Assembly: GCF_001194135.2 (NCBI RefSeq)
Contig: NC_068991.1
Span: 71,076,205 to 71,140,204, forward strand
Source of the DNA: Octopus bimaculoides
Taxonomy: Eukaryota
DNA length: 64,000 bases
Direction of reading: 5' to 3'
Position 1 is the first letter of the stretch. Each line of letters starts with the position of its first letter. Of the stretch, positions 51,467 through 64,000 are shown piece by piece. Under the pieces are notes generated by a model, which saw only the letters and a list, made by a program, of their open reading frames with translations, was not told the DNA's origin and made no database searches. Both the position numbers and the translations under genes were made by a program.

Positions 51467-51717
51467 GCTGATACCAGTGCCACCTGACTAGCACCTGTGT
51501 TGGTGGTATGCAAAAAGCACCATTCAAGCATGGCTGATGCCAGTGCCGCCTGACTAGCACATAAAAAAGTACCATTCGAACATGGCCAGTGCTGCTTGAC
51601 TGGCATCCATGCTGGTGGTACATAAAAAGCACCATTCGAGCGAGGTCGATGCTAGTACCACCTGACTGGTACCCATGCTGGTGGCACATAAAAAGCACTA
51701 TTGGAGTGTGGCCGATG
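51467..51717 (+). repeat. Minisatellite, about four units of 52-66 bp, homologous to the 5' tandem units of family C
   Basis: Unit GC(T/C)GATGCCAGTGCC(G/A)CCTGACT(G/A)GCAC...GGTGG(C/T)ACATAAAAAGCACCATTCG repeated; its reverse complement matches 2260-2355. Confidence 0.85.
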
Positions 51718-51899
51718 TAATTTAAAATTAGTGTTTTAGTCTTTTTCAGAGAGTATTCACTGCTATTTCTGTTGGCCATATCGAAGAATAAATGATAATG
51801 AACAATGATGGTAAAAGTAGGCGGTGATTGTGAGGAAGATGTCTGTTGGAATCTGTGTCCAGCAAGTTATGACCTTTTGACCTTTAATGAAATAAGGAA

Positions 51900-52560
51900 G
51901 TGTTAGGTTAGTTTGATGTTGTATAGATATGTACCCGTGAGGCAAGTGATGTGGAAGTGGTGTACTCAGATAATAGTGGGGTCAGTGTTTCCAAAAGGAT
52001 TGTCTTGTAGCTGTTTTGGCTGTTTCCTTCTTCCATGTCAGAGACTCTGTTAATTTAATTGATTGAAGCCTTGCGACTGACTGTTCTACAGAAGAGTTGG
52101 TGATATTCTTTCTGGAACAGTCTTGGTACACAACAGCTTCAAGAAATAATTCTTGTGCCACCACAGTTAAAAAGTATGGATATAGTTTTTGGCTGAAGGG
52201 GAAGGGTCTTAGACGTATCCTGCAGATGAAAGCTTACCAATTCGAGAAATGGTTTGCATGTAACCTTTGCCTTGAGCTCTATTGACACAGCACAAAGGAA
52301 TATTTGATATATAAAACTCTGCGTTACCACTTCTTTCTAGATTGTACTGTGTCAAACCCAGTAATCACAGGGCTTCTGTTTAGAAGCAGACTGGACAGGG
52401 TCTTTAAGGGAACAAAATAATTAGGGAACACGAGTTTGTAATCTTACTGCCAACAACCATTGGCAAGAAGAAATGGTAGGAGATAGTCTTATGACTCACT
52501 TTGGAAGACCGTCTTACCTGTCTTGTAGTGTGGATTTGGTGAGGCAATTCTCATCATCAC
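51900..52560 (-). pseudogene. Possible Penelope-like element GIY-YIG endonuclease relic
   Basis: Minus-strand fragments in order: PCPVC, TQSFIYQI (cf. NVIY.I), ...RQSFWKH, ...PHG (cf. RE.FWI..L.TL.P.GLN); many stops and frameshifts. Confidence 0.4.
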
Positions 52561-53941
52561 TACCATTAATGTTGGTTCACTAATAAGACTTCTTTTAACA
52601 TTATCGTTATTTCTTTGCCCTCTTGGGGCTGTTGTTGGAGAAAGAAAGAAAGACGAAGGAGGGACATGTTATATACATTCAGAAACTAAATCCAACTATT
52701 GGCCAAAATAATTAGGTAAATAATAATTAAACTAATTGTTTCACAAGGTCAGTACGCTATTACCCATGGTATATAATGTAATTACAATATTACCCATTTT
52801 GTATTATAGTATAAATTTAATAACATAATGCCGTATAATGCAATTATCCTGTGGCGTAATACAAGTATAATATTACGATATAATAGAGGTGGTAGTGTAA
52901 GAATCAGGAGAGGGATGAAGTATACATTTTGATATAGCACTTTCTGGGTTCAAACCCAGCAATGTTGACATTGTCTTGGGCTACATATATAAGCTGGCGC
53001 CAGGGGAAATATTGGTGTGATTTCATGAATGGTGAATATTGGTGTCCAGCTTTGTGCTGCTGATGTAAGAAGGGGGATAGCAGTATCGTCTGGTACCTAC
53101 ATGCAAAGCTATAAGTAGTTAATATTACATAATTTCTGATCCTACAAATATAGACATAAAACTTGTGTGTGTGTGTGTATTCCAGTGGTTGGTAAGTTTT
53201 TAAAAAAAGCTATGTTCAGCCACTTAGAATAAAGAGCTCAAAGACAAATCTGAAAGTGAATAAAATATTTAATCCAAAAGCATTAGTCCAACAAAATATG
53301 TTCTGTTTCAGCTATGGTTCCTCAGGAACTCTTATGGATTATATATACACATATATATATATATAATTATATCATGCCAGCCTAACCACTGTGCCACGTG
53401 CCTTCTCTCACACACACACACACACTCATGAGAGAGTGGGAGTACACACACACATAGATACCATTTTGAATAAAGTACCATCATATCACATACCTAAAAG
53501 GAAATTACTGCTAATAATAATAATAATATTGATTGCAAATTTTGTTACATGAACCACAATTTCAGAGGGAAGTGGGTAAGTTGATTAGATCCAGTCCAGT
53601 CTTCAACTGGTACTTATTTTATCAACCCCACCATGACCACCACCGAAAGGACGAAAAGCTAAGGTGACTAAAAATGATAATGGTTTTTTTTTTTTTATTA
53701 ACCACAAAGGTTTACAAAATGATCAAGCAGAGTACAGGGTGATACAGCTCAGGGTTATATAAAAGAACTTTTAGGCAGAGACAATAACAGAAGCAGAAGA
53801 ATTTAATGAGGAACTCTCTAGAAGAAGAGGAAGAAATTTCCAAGAGTTATTCATGGAAACCACATTTACCCTCACCCCATTAATGCAAGTGCCCTTAATC
53901 CTTCTCTAGTTTATAGCTCAGAGAATGGTAATGATGTAGAC

Positions 53942-54262
53942 CAGTGGTTCTCAATCAGGCTCCATATGGCCCCCGAGGGTCCATATACGATTTTGGGGAT
54001 CCACAGAAGTATTATAAAGGTCCCTGAAAAATTTTTTCTTCAGCTGTATGTATTGGTATGTATTGCAAAATAACAGCTGGGTTTCTTTCTCTAATGTTTA
54101 ACAGAGTTCACCCTACATGAGTTAATATGGGGGAAATAAAATAGGGATTTTGGAAGAAGTATCTATAAAACTAGATTTTTAACCATCAAATAACTATAGG
54201 GGTCCACCAGAATAAAATAGTAATCAAAGGGGTCCGTTCATAAGAATGGTTGAGAAACCCTG
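53942..54262. mobile_element. hAT-type MITE
   Basis: TIR CAGTGGTTCTCAA / TTGAGAAACCCTG; perfect 8-bp TSD ATGTAGAC on both sides. Confidence 0.92.
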
Positions 54263-55253
54263 ATGTAGACATAAGAAATTTTGCCAACTGAATAATATCA
54301 ATTAAACCCACCCAATCTTAGGTTGGTACTTCATTTTACCCGCCCCGGAAGGACTGGAACTTGGGACTTAAGTGGATGTAATTTATAGAAAAAGAAAAAA
54401 ACGAAAGGCATTTTGTCCAGTAATCAACCAACTCCATTATTTTGCTGCCCTTATAATAGAAGTAAAAATAATTAGACCTAACAATTAACTAGAACCATAA
54501 TTACAAATAATAATAGTTGTTATTGTTGTGAAGAATTTGAAAATTGGACCAAAATATCATATCATCATCATCATCATAATAATAATGATAATCAGCAGCA
54601 GTAGGACTTTTTTGTTTTGTTTGTTTATTTTTGATATTGCAGATTTTTGTCTAAGGTTAATTTGTTATTATTATTGAGCAAAAATAACGGAATGGTGCTT
54701 AAATAACATCCATAAAGCCAGGACTATTAAGTGGCAGCCAGTCAGCCATATGCAATGTCACTAAATATCTTAACCCTTTCAGGGCTGTATTTCTAATTTA
54801 GTAGACAGATTTATGGGTTTCAATTAATTTCTCCCTGTAATCAACACCTTCACACCACCCCCGCACATCTTCTGCTCCTCACCCCCCCCCCCACAGCCAA
54901 AGTAGTATAACCTGAACTTTGTGCTCCATTTAAAATGATTTTTACAAATGAGGGTATGATTGAAACTTAGCTGCTATTTCCAGCAGTTTGATCAAACATG
55001 TAGAGGTTCCCCAATACAAGTGTGAAACAACTTTAAAAAAACGGTCAAGTAAAAATTCCGTAGCATCACTGGTACTGTGTTGTTTAACTTAAATTTCAAC
55101 TCTTTAACTATTGGTGGTCATAAGTGGATTAGTATCAAAAGGGACTAGGATTTTATTACTTCACCCTTTTTTTTTTTCTTCGTACATTGTTGTCATTTGT
55201 TGTTCAGTACCCTAGATTAATCCTGGTTAACCCTTTAGCCTTCAAACCAGCCC

Positions 55254-55475
55254 GTCGTATTTATATATATATGTGTGTTTATGTGTGTCATTGTCTACCT
55301 TGGCAACCGATCGATGTTGGTGTGTCTACGTCCCCATAACTGAGTGAGTCGGCAAAAGAGACCAATAGAATAAGTACTGGGCTTACAAAAAAAAAAGTCC
55401 TGGGGGTCAGTTTGTTCAACTAAAGGCGGTGCTCCAGCATGGCCGCAGTCACCTGCCTGAAACAAATAAAAGTAA
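55254..55475 (+). mobile_element. SINE family A, 3' half
   Basis: GGCAAAAGAGACCAATAGAATAAGTACTGGGCTTAC...AAGGCGGTGCTCCAGCATGGCCGCAGTC. Confidence 0.85.
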
Positions 55476-55574
55476 ACACTAAATCTGACACAATAACCTG
55501 AATACTAAAAGACTAAACAGGTCTATGATCAAATGCGTTTTCAGGAAATAATTTATCTTTTTTTTCATCAAAAC

Positions 55575-55847
55575 CATGTAAAGTTGTACTCCTAACATCA
55601 TCATAATAACAATAAATTAATTTTACTAAATTCTTCTTTATTTTCAAAACTATTTGAAACAAAATACAGCATATATCAGCAGAAATCTAGTTACAAAAGG
55701 GTTAAATTAAAACGACTATGAAAATCTCATGCTATGTTCCAAACATCAAATTAATAACGACAAAGTTATGAATTCTTCGTTTAATTTTTAAACTTAATTG
55801 AAACAAAAGCATTGCATTTCATTAAACATGGCAACGGAAAGGATTAA
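55575..55847. mobile_element. Two tandem right-end halves of P2
   Basis: TTTTACTAAATTCTTC...GTTACAAAAGGG-TTAA followed by a second AATTCTTC...GAAACAAAAGC...GGAAAGGA-TTAA. Confidence 0.65.
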
Positions 55848-56711
55848 ACCACATTATCAGAGACCAATTCTACCAGCGAATGTTTACATGAATGTAGCCT
55901 TCACTCTGCAAAAAAACAACAACTAAAAAAAATAGCCTAGGTTCTTATTTAGCTGCTATTTCTTACAGGTCAAGTGACTATAGAGATATGGTAGCTTCTG
56001 TGTATATTTTAGCTGTGTCTGGTATTTAACAGAAACTGCCTGATGTATAAACATCTGCTTGTATGGCCAAGAATCCCTCCCAATACCTTGTTGTCTATAG
56101 ATGTCCCAAAAGGGTGAAAGGGCACCAGATTATTTGGTTTGGCTTCAAATATCTACGCATGTAATTTGAGAATTGTTAATACCAAGCAATGGCATTATCC
56201 AAACGGTTCTGATTGTGCAACCTACTTTCTCTCTCTGCTCTCTCTATCTCTCTCTCTCTTTCTCTCTCTTTTTCTCTCTTTTTCTCTGTTGAACTTGGTG
56301 TTAGAATGTCTCCATTAGTTGGTTTGGTCTACACATGTTCTGTGGCTGTGCTGGTTCTTGTAACTCAATGGGCTTTTTGTTTTTTAAATGTCATCTTGTT
56401 GCTTTTCTGATGTGTAAACATATGCTGCTGCTGATGATGATGATGGTGATGATGATGATGGTGATGATGGTGATGATGATGATGGGCGTGTTGTAATGTC
56501 TGTGCATTTACACATGCATAAGCGTAATTAATTGTGTGTGTATGTATGTGTACACACTACACACCCATAAGCATCATTTGTGCGTGTGTGTATGCACGTG
56601 TGCATTGTCTTAGTAACAAGCATCTGTTGTTTGTGTATGTATGTGTGTATCATTAGTGTTTGACCAGAAGTTAATGTATATATGTGCAGTGTATATATAT
56701 GTGGGTGTGTG

Positions 56712-56780
<69 letters not shown>

Positions 56781-57624
56781 GTTCATTGTACATCCATTTT
56801 CCCATACTAGCATGAGGAGGTGTGTGTGTGTATATATATATATATATATGTATATGTATGAGAGAGAGGACAAATAACCTAGAAAATAGTTGAGTGATCA
56901 CTGTTGGAATGTCTTTGATCATAAATCTGATTCAATCAAGGTTAGTCAGGACTTAAACGACTTGAGCCACAAGCCCAAGGTTGGTTGGTAAGAGAAACCA
57001 TCCTATGTAGACTCTTGTCTTTGAAAGGTTAAGGTCATACATTACAGAATGGTAACCACTTTAGCCTACAGTCTGGAGAGTAAACTAAGAGACATCTTGT
57101 CAGAAATGTATTTTGAAAGTTGTGACATTTAGACTCAAGTTGGCTCTGATTGAGAAAACTCACCAGACATTCCTACCATGACATTTAGGACTATGTTAAC
57201 CAATGTATCTGCCCTTTTTTAAGGCTCTGGTTTGAGGGCAGTGCGATTACTATTCAAATGGACATATATATGCTTTGTCTCTGTTTTTTGTCTTTTAGCT
57301 AGGACAGAAGGCCAATGCACAAAATCTCCCAAAAGGGGCCTACTAGGATTACAGAAGTAACTATTCTCAGATTAGAGAATCCAGCCTCAATACTTGCAAT
57401 TGAGTGGGTTTTCACTAGAGGTACTCAAGAGCCACGTGGTGGTGTTAGACCAAGGAATTAAAGTCTACCATTTCTGAAGACTGTGACAGAATTTGATATC
57501 AAAATGTAATGGGCTGGAAAAAATATCACAATTTCTCTCACCTGACACTAACAATTCCACCAGTCCAATGCCCTAGACTGAAATTTCATTGATTGTCCCC
57601 GAAAGAATAAATAGTTAATCCTTC

Positions 57625-57990
57625 AATCCCTATGGGGCATAAACCATCGATGAATTTTCTCCACTGTTTTCAGCTCTGGCCTGTCTTTTCTGTTCCTCTT
57701 CAGTTGGATCCCTGTTTTATCATCTCTACCTCAGTATCCTGCCCCAGCTATTTTTAGGGCTTCCTCTCATCTGAGTTCCAACTCAAGGCCTGAAACTATT
57801 ATTTCCTTGAGGAAAGGCCTTCCTCTTCTGCAACCCTGCCTTTCCTTGGATAGGAGTTTTGGCCATATGCACCACCCCACACCTTTTTTTAACCTATAGG
57901 AAGAGGTGGTCCATATTAGTTTGGCATCTGTCCTTTTCCCTCCTGTCCAGCATGGGTGGTCACACCAGGAACTTGCAATCTGCTGACACA
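57625..57990 (-). pseudogene. Decayed 3' end of an RTE-like LINE
   Basis: Minus translation ...WPKLLSKERQGCRRGRP... then ...QLKRNRKDRPELKTV...FMPHRD, resembling the RTE C-terminal W.PQG.R.RGRP...AQDR..W...LCP motif. Confidence 0.5.
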
Positions 57991-58988
57991 CCTCTCAGCC
58001 ATTGAGGCATACAAGTCTCCACTCCACCATATCACAAACAAGGACTGGACCTTGGTGGTGGTGAAGGATGAATGGCAAACTCGATTTCTCTAGGATTCGG
58101 ACTCTGAATAAACACTGCCAAGCATTTTTACCATTGCACACTCTGTCTCTGCCATTTCACTACTTATTACGGTCACAGTCTAATGTGTTAATTGCACAGA
58201 GACATTCCTCAACAATAACAGCAACAACAACAACAACAGCTAAGCAATCAAGGATTATTTTTGTTGTTGTTGTTGTTTTATTGTTGCACCATTCTATCAA
58301 TGGTTAAATATATAAAATTTCTCTCCAAAGCTCCCTCTCCACCCTGCCACACTCCTTTTTCTTTTTCTTTATTCTTTTTTCTTTTTTTGTAATCAAATTG
58401 CTGGTGTTGTGTGCATTATTGAACAGGGAGGTGCACGAGCTTGCAGGTGCATTGTCAAGAGGTGATGCATTTGCAAAAGAAGTTTCTCCTCCTCCACCAC
58501 CCCGCTCCCCTCATCCCCCTCCCCCCTTTCAGTCTGTTTAATAGATAAGACACATTACAGTGAGGAACGACAGTCGTACGGCAGAGATAGTCTTTACAAT
58601 TACATTAGGCGCTTGTGTCAAAGTCGGACTCTTTTACACTTTAAGGTCCTTGGTAGTACTGTTGTTGTTGTTATTACAGCACTGGCGGTAGGGGTGGTTG
58701 AATGGTGGGGGTTCCATTTTGTTCTCCAAGATTATTCAAAACTGTCAATTAGAATTAATTATTGCCTGCACTTAAGAGTTTTCCTTTGGTGGTGATGATG
58801 CTGACAACAACAGTAATAATTACAAATATGATAACGATGATGATGATAATGATAATAGTAATAAGTGATAAATACAAATATGATAAATATAATTCCATTG
58901 ATAAATATTCAAGATCACTTATTACTCTTACTTTCATAACTTTTATCTGGTTCTTTAAGTTTCTTTTGTTGTTGTTGTTGTTGTCATT

Positions 58989-59165
58989 AAGGCGGTGAGC
59001 TGGCAGAATCGTTAGCACGCTGGGCAAAATGCTTAGTGTTATTTCGCCCGTAGCTACATTCCGAGTTCAAATTCTGCCAAGGCTGACTTTGCTTTTCGTC
59101 ATTTCAGAGTTGATAAATTAAGTACCTGTGAAATGTTGGGGTCGATGTAATCAACTAGTCTGCTC
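58989..59165 (+). mobile_element. SINE family B preceded by (TTG)n
   Basis: AAGGCGGTGAGCTGGCAGAATCGTTAGCACGC head; CCGAGTTCAAATTC B box; GGGGTCGATGTAATC. Confidence 0.9.
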
Positions 59166-59181
59166 CTGCCATATATATATG

Positions 59182-59266
<85 letters not shown>

Positions 59267-59487
59267 ATATATATATATATATATAATTATATATAAAGGG
59301 CATTAACTGTGTATTAATGCCTCACGCTATCGAGGGACTAAATAAGTAAGAAAACTACCAAAAATAAGCAATATATTTACCGAAAGCGAGGGAATGCAGC
59401 TTTTCAAAATTTATCTCTTAAAGACATTTAACTCAACGGTAGACCACTGACTACTTGATAAATTCTTATAAAGAATTTATCTTATAT

Positions 59488-59538
<51 letters not shown>

Positions 59539-60155
59539 TATACATATATGCATGCACATACAGTCGACCTCAGTTGAATTTGAGCTCAGACCATAAAGCG
59601 CTTGAGTTAAATACCACAAAACATTTTGTTGGATCCTCTGATTATATATATTAAAATTCTCTTACATTTTAACATCTTCTTCTCTCCATTTTTAACAAAT
59701 TTGTTGAGTTTTATGGGACTCCTTTCCATAAATTCACATAACACACCATTATACAAGTATTATTTTCATATTCACCAACCTACACCAGGAAGCTACCAGC
59801 AAAATATGAAGAATCTTTATTAGAAATTGCTTTTTTGGAATCTTCCAAATTAAAGGCAGAAATTTAATTCAACCTTTTTACACATACATACATACATATA
59901 TATACATATATAGAATGTGCATCTCCATGAAAAATAGTTTCGTCTCTGACTTGATGTTAAATATCAAAAACTTAATTGAGGGGGGAAAAAAAACCTTCAG
60001 AATTCTAACTCTTCATANNNNNNNNNNNNNNNNNNNNNNNNNNNNNNNNNNNNNNNNNNNNNNNNNNNNNNNNNNNNNNNNNNNNNNNNNNNNNNNNNNN
60101 NNNNNNNNNNNNNNNNNNNNNNNNNNNNNNNNNNNNNNNNNNNNNNNNNNNNNNN

Positions 60156-60202
<47 letters not shown>

Positions 60203-61879
60203 GTCTTCTCTCTTCGGTGACACACAAGAAGGGACAAGCCTTTAGCCGTCATCTTGTGAAAAAAACAAGATGGCTAAGAAAGTTATTTCTGTTCTGCCGA
60301 GTTTATTTTTTTTTTTGTTGCCTGTTTGATTATATGTTTGCTACACCGCCACCACCACCACCACCTTCTTTTACAACACATTTACCCCCATCCCCATTAC
60401 TTTCACTACTACCCCGACCACCTCCAACCCCCACCCCAACACCCTCCATTTTTCTTTTAGGGGATTTTTGGGACATTTTTGCTTTCTTTAGCAGCTTGTT
60501 CTTAATATGTTTTTTTTCTTTTTTTTCCTGCTATTTTTTTTTGTTTTGTTTTGTTTTTTAAAGCGTCTCTAATCATGTTGAGAGAAGGAACGCCCTCTTT
60601 CAAAGGTAGATTGTTACCCCTACCTTGAAATACTGACTGTGGATAAAAGGGCTTCTGTGCCCACCCTACCCACCTTGTGGGGTTAGGAGTGGCGGAGGGT
60701 AAGGGATGAACTAAAGGTTTCCATGGAAGTTTTTTTTTTTGTATGTTAGTTATTTACATATTTAATTTTTTTTTTTAATTTTGCTTATTCTCTTTATTTA
60801 TTTATTTTGGGGAGAAAAAAAAAGGGGGTGTGTCTCTAGGTGTATTGTACATCGGTGGGACATGATATCAAGTACTGGATGCTGGGGACAAAGGCTTCTT
60901 TCAAATCTTACACAGCCATGATAATAATGATGATAATAATAATGGTAGGAGCAAATCTTCGGATAATACCTGGCCAAGACAGTAAAAGCGGTGGTGGTGG
61001 TGTTGTGCGCAGACAGCCAGCCAACCAGGCACTGACTTAAGGGGTAGAAATATGAGTCGTCAGGTCAGAGGCAAGAGGGTCCCTTCTCCTATGAGATGAA
61101 TGGTTTCGACTGAGAATTTGAGAATTAAATACGTACAAAAGACAACTATTGTGTATTATTTGGGGTTCGTTTTGAGTATTCATTGTTTTTTTTCCGTTTG
61201 TTTTTTTTGTGTCATTTTGAATGACTTTGGTATGTTTATTATATTTTTTTATTTTATCTTTTTAAAATTATTTTCTTAAAAGCATTTTCCACCGATATTA
61301 GTATTTTATTTTGTTTCAGTTTGTTTTATTTTTATTAATTTAGATATAGTGGTAATGATGCTAATAGTAAATATTGCTACTCATATTACTTAATTTTTTT
61401 TTTTTTTTTTTTTTTTTTTTTGTAGAATTTAGTTTCGAATATTCTTTTCTTACTTTTTCTTTTTTTTTTCTCTTTCTATGAATGAATTTTGAAATAAAAG
61501 GAAAGAGAAAAGTCAAGGAAATATAATGGCAATAATGGTATGTGGTATAGTATCAGGTATCAATTATTTAGAGAACAGCAGTTTCTGTTTAGTTGGAATA
61601 AATAAGTACCAAGATTTTAAGTAATTGCTGCAAGAGAGGAAGGCGGGTGGGTGACTAAGTGGATCACTGGATGGGTAGGGGTTTCGGTGAATGATGAAAG
61701 TACCATTTACCATTCAATTTTTAGTTGGATGTATTAGTTGTAATAGTAAGTTAGTAATATAATTATGAAATCTTCTACAACTGCGCATGCATGCACATGT
61801 TTGTTGTGTTGATGCATTCAATGCATAAACTAATAATTAAATTGTTTGCAATCTTGATTAATTAATGATTGTTTCTAAC

Positions 61880-62090
61880 AAAGGTGCAAGGCCAAAATTT
61901 TATTGGAAATGGGGTTTGTTCGATTACATCAACCCCATATTTCATTTTGTTGACCCCTGCCTTTCCCCCCAGAAGGATGAAAGACAAAGTCAACCTCAGT
62001 TGAATTTGAACTCAGATCATAAAGAGCTTGAGTAAATACCACAAAACCTTTTGTCAGGCACTCTGGCAATTCAGCCATTCTGTTGCCCCT
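61880..62090 (-). mobile_element. SINE family B (a related fragment lies at 59570-59640; other decayed minus-strand copies at about 13345-13500, 45835-46020, 53565-53670, 54290-54450)
   Basis: AGGATGAAAGACAAAGTCAACCTCAGTTGAATTTGAACTCAG is the reverse complement of the family B core. Confidence 0.8.
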
Positions 62091-62713
62091 TATTAATGAA
62101 TTATGGAAAATTAAACGCTAAAGGAAAAAGTAACTTCATGTGTTTTTGCAGATCTTCATTTTTTAAATTTTTTTATTAGTTTACTATCGTAATTGGTGTT
62201 TTCATTGAAACTAATACCAAGAATAAAAAGTAAACTTCCACTTAGTTATAGCCATGAACCGGTTTCAATCTCAAGCTGCAGCCCCTTGTAACAAAAATAA
62301 TCCTGAGATTCAAACAAAAGCATTGTATAGTTTTGTTTTGAATCTTTCTTCAACATTTTCCTTACCTGTCAAGTCGAAGTACCAGTAATACACTTATGTC
62401 CAGTCACTTACCCATGTCCTCTGGGTTTGCTGCAAAGTACTAACTATTTAGCAACATAGATATTGAGAAAATAATTATTGCTTGGAAAGTAGCTGCTACA
62501 GTAATTAATTAAGAAACAATCAGCTTCTGACTATAATAATGCACTAAAACTGAGTGTTGTTTTGCTATAGACTAAACACATTTTCTCGTTTTCCCCTCCC
62601 TTTGTAATGTTCTCCAAGAAACGCTCTACGCTGGAAATCCAGTAACCTTTCAGTTTTCCTGTATGGTGTCAAGGGACAGTCTCAACCTAAAATTCTATAT
62701 CAAGACAACGTAA

Positions 62714-62980
62714 CTCTTTAGCATTCAAAATACTCTGTCATCTGTAATACTTATTTATTCCCGCTCTTCAGCATCATTTAACATCTGTCTTCAATGCTGG
62801 ACGTTAAACGATGTTCGTTTTGAATTAATCATGCCTTATCTTATAGCTTCAATAGTATATCGATGACTTGTTTGTTGTTGCAACATAGTATGTAGGATAA
62901 ATGTGAAATGCCAAATCTAGCTAGATTAAACATAAAACAGGCAAAATATTTTAACCAGCTATGGTTAGTTTGAATGCACA
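62714..62980. mobile_element. piggyBac-type MITE P1, decayed (another partial copy at 47611-47750)
   Basis: CTCTTTAGCATTC left end; TTTTGAATTAATCATGC.TTATCTT.TAGCTT block shared with all P1 copies. Confidence 0.7.
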
Positions 62981-63098
62981 GGTTCTGGGTTCAGTCCCTC
63001 GCGTGGCACCTTGGGCGAGTGTCTTCTACTATAGTCTCAGGCCGACCAAAGCCTTGTGAGTGGGTTTGATAGAAGACAGAAACTGAAAGAAGCCCGCC

Positions 63099-63188
<90 letters not shown>

Positions 63189-63375
63189 TTGTCTCCCTAC
63201 CATCACTCGACAACCGATGCTTGTGTGTTTACGTCCTTGAAAGTTAGCGGGTTGGCAAAGGAGACCGATAGAATAAGTACTAGGCTTACAAGGACTAGGT
63301 TCTGGGATCTATTCGTTCGACTAAAGGCAGTGCTCCAGCATGGCCACAGTCAAATGACTGAAACAAGAGTAAAAA
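62980..63375 (+). mobile_element. SINE family A, 5'-clipped, with expanded internal (TG)n
   Basis: GGTTCTGGGTTCAGTCCC...CACCTTGGGCGAGTGTCTTCTACTATAG... to GAAACAAGAGTAAAA tail. Confidence 0.9.
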
Positions 63376-63796
63376 GGTATATATTTGTCAATAGGTGAGT
63401 AGCCCTTTCTTAACAGCATCATCCAGTGGCGATTGACTGCAATTCTACAGTTCATAGCATTGTAAACTCACAACCAGTAATTTTGTCTCACCTCAAATAA
63501 CTTACTGCAAAGATGGGTTACCTGTTTCGAATTTGATATCACACCAAAATCTGATTGATGTAATGTCAGTTTGACTTCCTTTCCTTCGCACCTGCATTGA
63601 TCTTAGATATCTAGGGAGCTATCCAATGGTACCAAGTTCAATATGTTTAAATGTGCTGCACATTTCTTATTCTTCACTTCAGTCTTTGCTCAATTCCATC
63701 AGCCATTTTATTTTGAAGTTTCAAGTTATTTTTTTTTTCATAAGAAAATTTCTGTTTTCTGTGTACATATATATACATATATATAGATATAAATAT

Positions 63797-63845
<49 letters not shown>

Positions 63846-64000
63846 CTATCTGCGCTTTTTTTTAGTCATTTTTCATGTTCTTCCCACCCAACTCTTCCAT
63901 TGCTTCCTAGTTTGTTTTTTTTAATATTAAACAATTTTTTCTTCGATCTCTTACTCTTTCCACCACCCCTCTCTCTGATTCTCTTTCTCTCTCTCTCTCT

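Overview
AT-rich eukaryotic draft-genome sequence, very dense in microsatellites and small transposons, with 18 N-gaps (about 4.7 kb). The SINE families and repeat landscape resemble those of an octopus/cephalopod (inference from remembered repeat families, not verified). No intact protein-coding gene is recognisable: the supplied ORFs are almost all translated microsatellites, N-runs or repeat fragments. The window contains at least four SINE-like families (many nested or tandem), piggyBac-type (TTAA), hAT-type (8-bp TSD) and Tc1/mariner-type MITEs, one Helentron/HINE-like element, and decayed CR1/Jockey-like, RTE-like and Penelope-like retroelement relics. The most interesting observations are: (i) hammerhead-ribozyme-like motifs in two repeat termini (20443-20478 and about 4255-4302, both minus strand); (ii) a 69-nt, roughly 32-bp hairpin that encloses a perfect-looking 18-nt micro-exon and sequesters its 5' splice site (11838-11906); (iii) a composite piggyBac MITE-in-MITE occupying the same TTAA site in two copies; (iv) SINE chains built in (TTA)n tracts; (v) a roughly 100-bp duplication flanking a (GAT)n-tailed SINE insertion; (vi) small template-switch inversions inside repeats. 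All are candidates that need computational or experimental checks.
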